A stretch of 63,716 bases of DNA, the filler included, from Octopus bimaculoides (taxonomy: Eukaryota), in NCBI RefSeq assembly GCF_001194135.2. It is 7 parts of 7 records of this genome, joined end to end, with 100 filler letters (N's around TTAATTAATTAA, not from the genome) between each part and the next. Parts side by side here need not be neighbours in the genome. Positions count along the whole stretch, not along the records: positions 62,496 to 63,716 come from NW_026320473.1; 6 more parts are not named here. The stretch is one strand, 5' to 3'. The translations under genes and the position numbers were made by a program. Below are positions 62,800-63,716 of this stretch, one piece after another. Within the stretch, counting starts at the first letter, position 1. Each line of letters begins with the position of its first letter. The notes under the pieces are model-generated. The model saw only the letters and a list, made by a program, of their open reading frames with translations. It did not search any database and was not told the origin of the DNA.

Positions 62800-63558
62800 C
62801 CGAGACCTATGGAGATATGCTGGGATTAAAAAGACCCCGCAACTAAAGTGAGATGACAGTCACGCATGACCGGCCCAGTTAAGAGTACCTCTGATGCGCC
62901 ATGCGATATTTCATGCTTGAGAAGACCTGTTGTGTCAAGTAAAGCCAATACCGTAGCTGTGGCCAGTGCCCCCTGACTGGCTCCTGTGCCGGTGGCACGT
63001 AAAAAGCACCATCGGAACTTGGCCGATACCAGTACCACCTGACTGGCTCCCATGCTGATGGCACGGAAAAAGCACCACCCGAATGTGATCGACGCCAGGA
63101 CCGCATGACTGGCCCCTGTGTTGGTGGCATGTAAAAAGCAACATCTGAATGTGGCTGATGTCAGTACCCTCTAACTGGCTCCTGATCTGGTGGCACCGTA
63201 AAAGCACCATCTGAATCAGGCCGATGTCAGTGCCCAATAACTGGCTTCCGTGCCGATGGCATGTTAAGAGCACCATCCGAACGTGGCTCACGCCATCACA
63301 CCCTGACTGGCCCCCATGCTGGTGGCACATAAAATGCTCTGTCTAAAAGTGATCGATGTCAAGAACACCTGACTAGCTCCCGTGCCAGTGGCACATAAAA
63401 ATCGCCCACTACACTATTGGAGTGGTTGGCATTAGGAAGGGTATCCAGTTGTAGAAACATTGGCAGATCAGACTGGAGACGTTGGCTTTCCAGATCTGTG
63501 AAATCATCCAAAACATGATAGAATGGAAAATGATCGTTAGACGATGATGATGATGACG
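62800..63558 (+). mobile_element. RTE family 2 3' UTR and tail (copy F) with seven 66-bp repeats
   Basis: Colinear with copy B 26560-27097 (GAGAAGACCTGTTGTGTCAAGT, repeat array, CCACTACACT..GGAGTGGTTGGCATTAGGAAGGG) and ends in (GAT)n. Confidence 0.9.
62960..63410 (+). repeat. 7 x 66-bp tandem repeat with internal hairpin
   Basis: GACTGG/AACTGG anchor at 62975, 63041, 63107, 63173, 63239, 63305 and 63371. Confidence 0.95.
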
Positions 63559-63716
63559 ATAATAATATATTCATCATTATTGATTCAAATTCGTTGCTAC
63601 ATTTGAGTTCCAAGCACAATATGGCTGACGACTATCATATCATGCTTGAAACTCAAGAGTACCAACAAATTTGAATTAAACTGTTTTGATCTATATTTAT
63701 ATATTTATATATATAT

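Noticed and set aside
62935-63330. Antisense ORF of 22-aa His/Cys repeats (MVLFTCHRHRSQSGGTGIGHVR-like; also 26662-26871)
   Set aside because: It arises because the 66-bp unit lacks stops in that frame. Differences between units are largely non-synonymous, and the invariant CH coincides with the hairpin stem.
62960-63410. CRISPR-like appearance of the 66-bp array
   Set aside because: The linkers are homologous to each other rather than unique spacers, there are no cas genes, the context is eukaryotic, and the array is part of a LINE 3' UTR.

Overview
Repeat-dense, AT-rich, gap-riddled animal genomic DNA. It is most likely a coleoid cephalopod (Octopus-like); this is inferred from the tRNA-derived SINEs, RTE LINEs and extreme microsatellite load, and was not database-checked. 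The only well-supported host gene is three symmetric phase-1 exons on the + strand (50269-50388, 52843-53094, 54686-54772) of a multi-EGF extracellular protein, whose 5' and 3' exons are not visible. Most of the rest is mobile DNA: two RTE-clade LINE families, two mariner relics, an apparently full-length Chapaev3-like DNA transposon filling an intron of the EGF gene, Penelope-like (RT + GIY-YIG) relics, a Tx1/L1 endonuclease relic, a decayed CR1-like RT and many SINEs. Nearly all ORFs in the supplied track are microsatellite or N-run artefacts. The most unusual observations are: (1) one RTE family carries a C4HC3 PHD-type finger inside the RT C-terminal region, and three of four copies have TAG at the Trp codon just before it; (2) its 3' UTR holds an exact 66-bp tandem hairpin array of variable copy number; (3) there is a 243-bp near-perfect palindrome and a ~260-bp inverted duplication; (4) a CpG-rich island with CRE/CCAAT/YY1-like motifs at ~30.7 kb sits between two ~17-kb CpG-depleted domains in which no coding exons could be identified. 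No CRISPR, rRNA or genuine tRNA gene is supported.
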